DNA from: a virus
Lineage: Duplodnaviria > Caudoviricetes
DNA length: 25,883 nt
IMG/VR virus record: IMGVR_UViG_3300035135_001025
Span: 1-25,883 of that record
Strand: one strand, 5' to 3'
Shown: positions 25,803 to 25,883 of the stretch, piece after piece
How positions within the stretch are numbered: position 1 is the stretch's first letter
Layout of the letters: each line of letters begins with the position of its first letter
Notes under the pieces: model-generated
What the model was told of the DNA's origin: nothing
The model's database searches: none
The model's input: the letters and a program-made list of their open reading frames with translations, nothing else
Position numbers and translations under genes: made by a program

Positions 25803-25823
25803 CTAAAACTGTAAGTTCTAATA

Positions 25824-25883
25824 ATGGCGGCAAGGAATGTAAATCTAGTTCTTGAGCAGGGTGTTGACTTTCAAGCCACTTTT
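25824..25883 (+). CDS. Start of next gene, probably a virion structural protein (3'-truncated; MAARNVNLVLEQGVDFQATF...)
   Basis: ATG 22 nt after a late-promoter motif, open to the window end. N-L-x-[IL]-[ED]-Q-G-x-D-F is a recurrent N-terminus of small phage structural proteins. Not in the supplied ORF track because it is short. Confidence 0.7.
   Translation, partial: MAARNVNLVLEQGVDFQATF

Noticed and set aside
1-25883. CRISPR array, tRNA, diversity-generating-retroelement repeats or long exact DNA repeats
   Set aside because: The window is almost entirely coding. By eye I saw no long near-identical nucleotide repeats and no reverse transcriptase; repeats are visible only at protein level. 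A self dot-plot would be needed to exclude short ones.

Overview
AT-rich, intron-free, all-plus-strand block of late virion genes from a T4-like myophage, most likely a marine cyanomyovirus (Kyanoviridae-type gene order and protein style; host not provable from this window). Order: baseplate wedge gp6 (5'-truncated), a giant 4879-aa gp7-like baseplate wedge initiator, gp8, a 2502-aa VrlC/DUF4815-like structural protein, a 75-aa coiled-coil protein, and the first 20 codons of a further gene. T4-type late-promoter motifs (NATAAATA) occur upstream of gp8, inside gp8 and over the stop codon of the small ORF. I saw no RNA genes, CRISPR arrays, inteins or mobile elements. The interest lies inside the proteins. 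gp7 is built by nested domain-in-domain insertion. It contains three nested alpha-helical repeats, one resembling the bilin-binding core of phycobiliproteins (KCYRD), plus two inserted beta-propellers and a split YHYH-like domain. It also carries about 29 copies of a G-[IVL]-[GSAT]-T motif that I did not find in gp6 or VrlC. The VrlC-like protein has two Arg/Thr-rich tracts, and gp6 has a GC-rich patch that may fold as RNA. All family assignments are by eye from remembered motifs, not from database searches.
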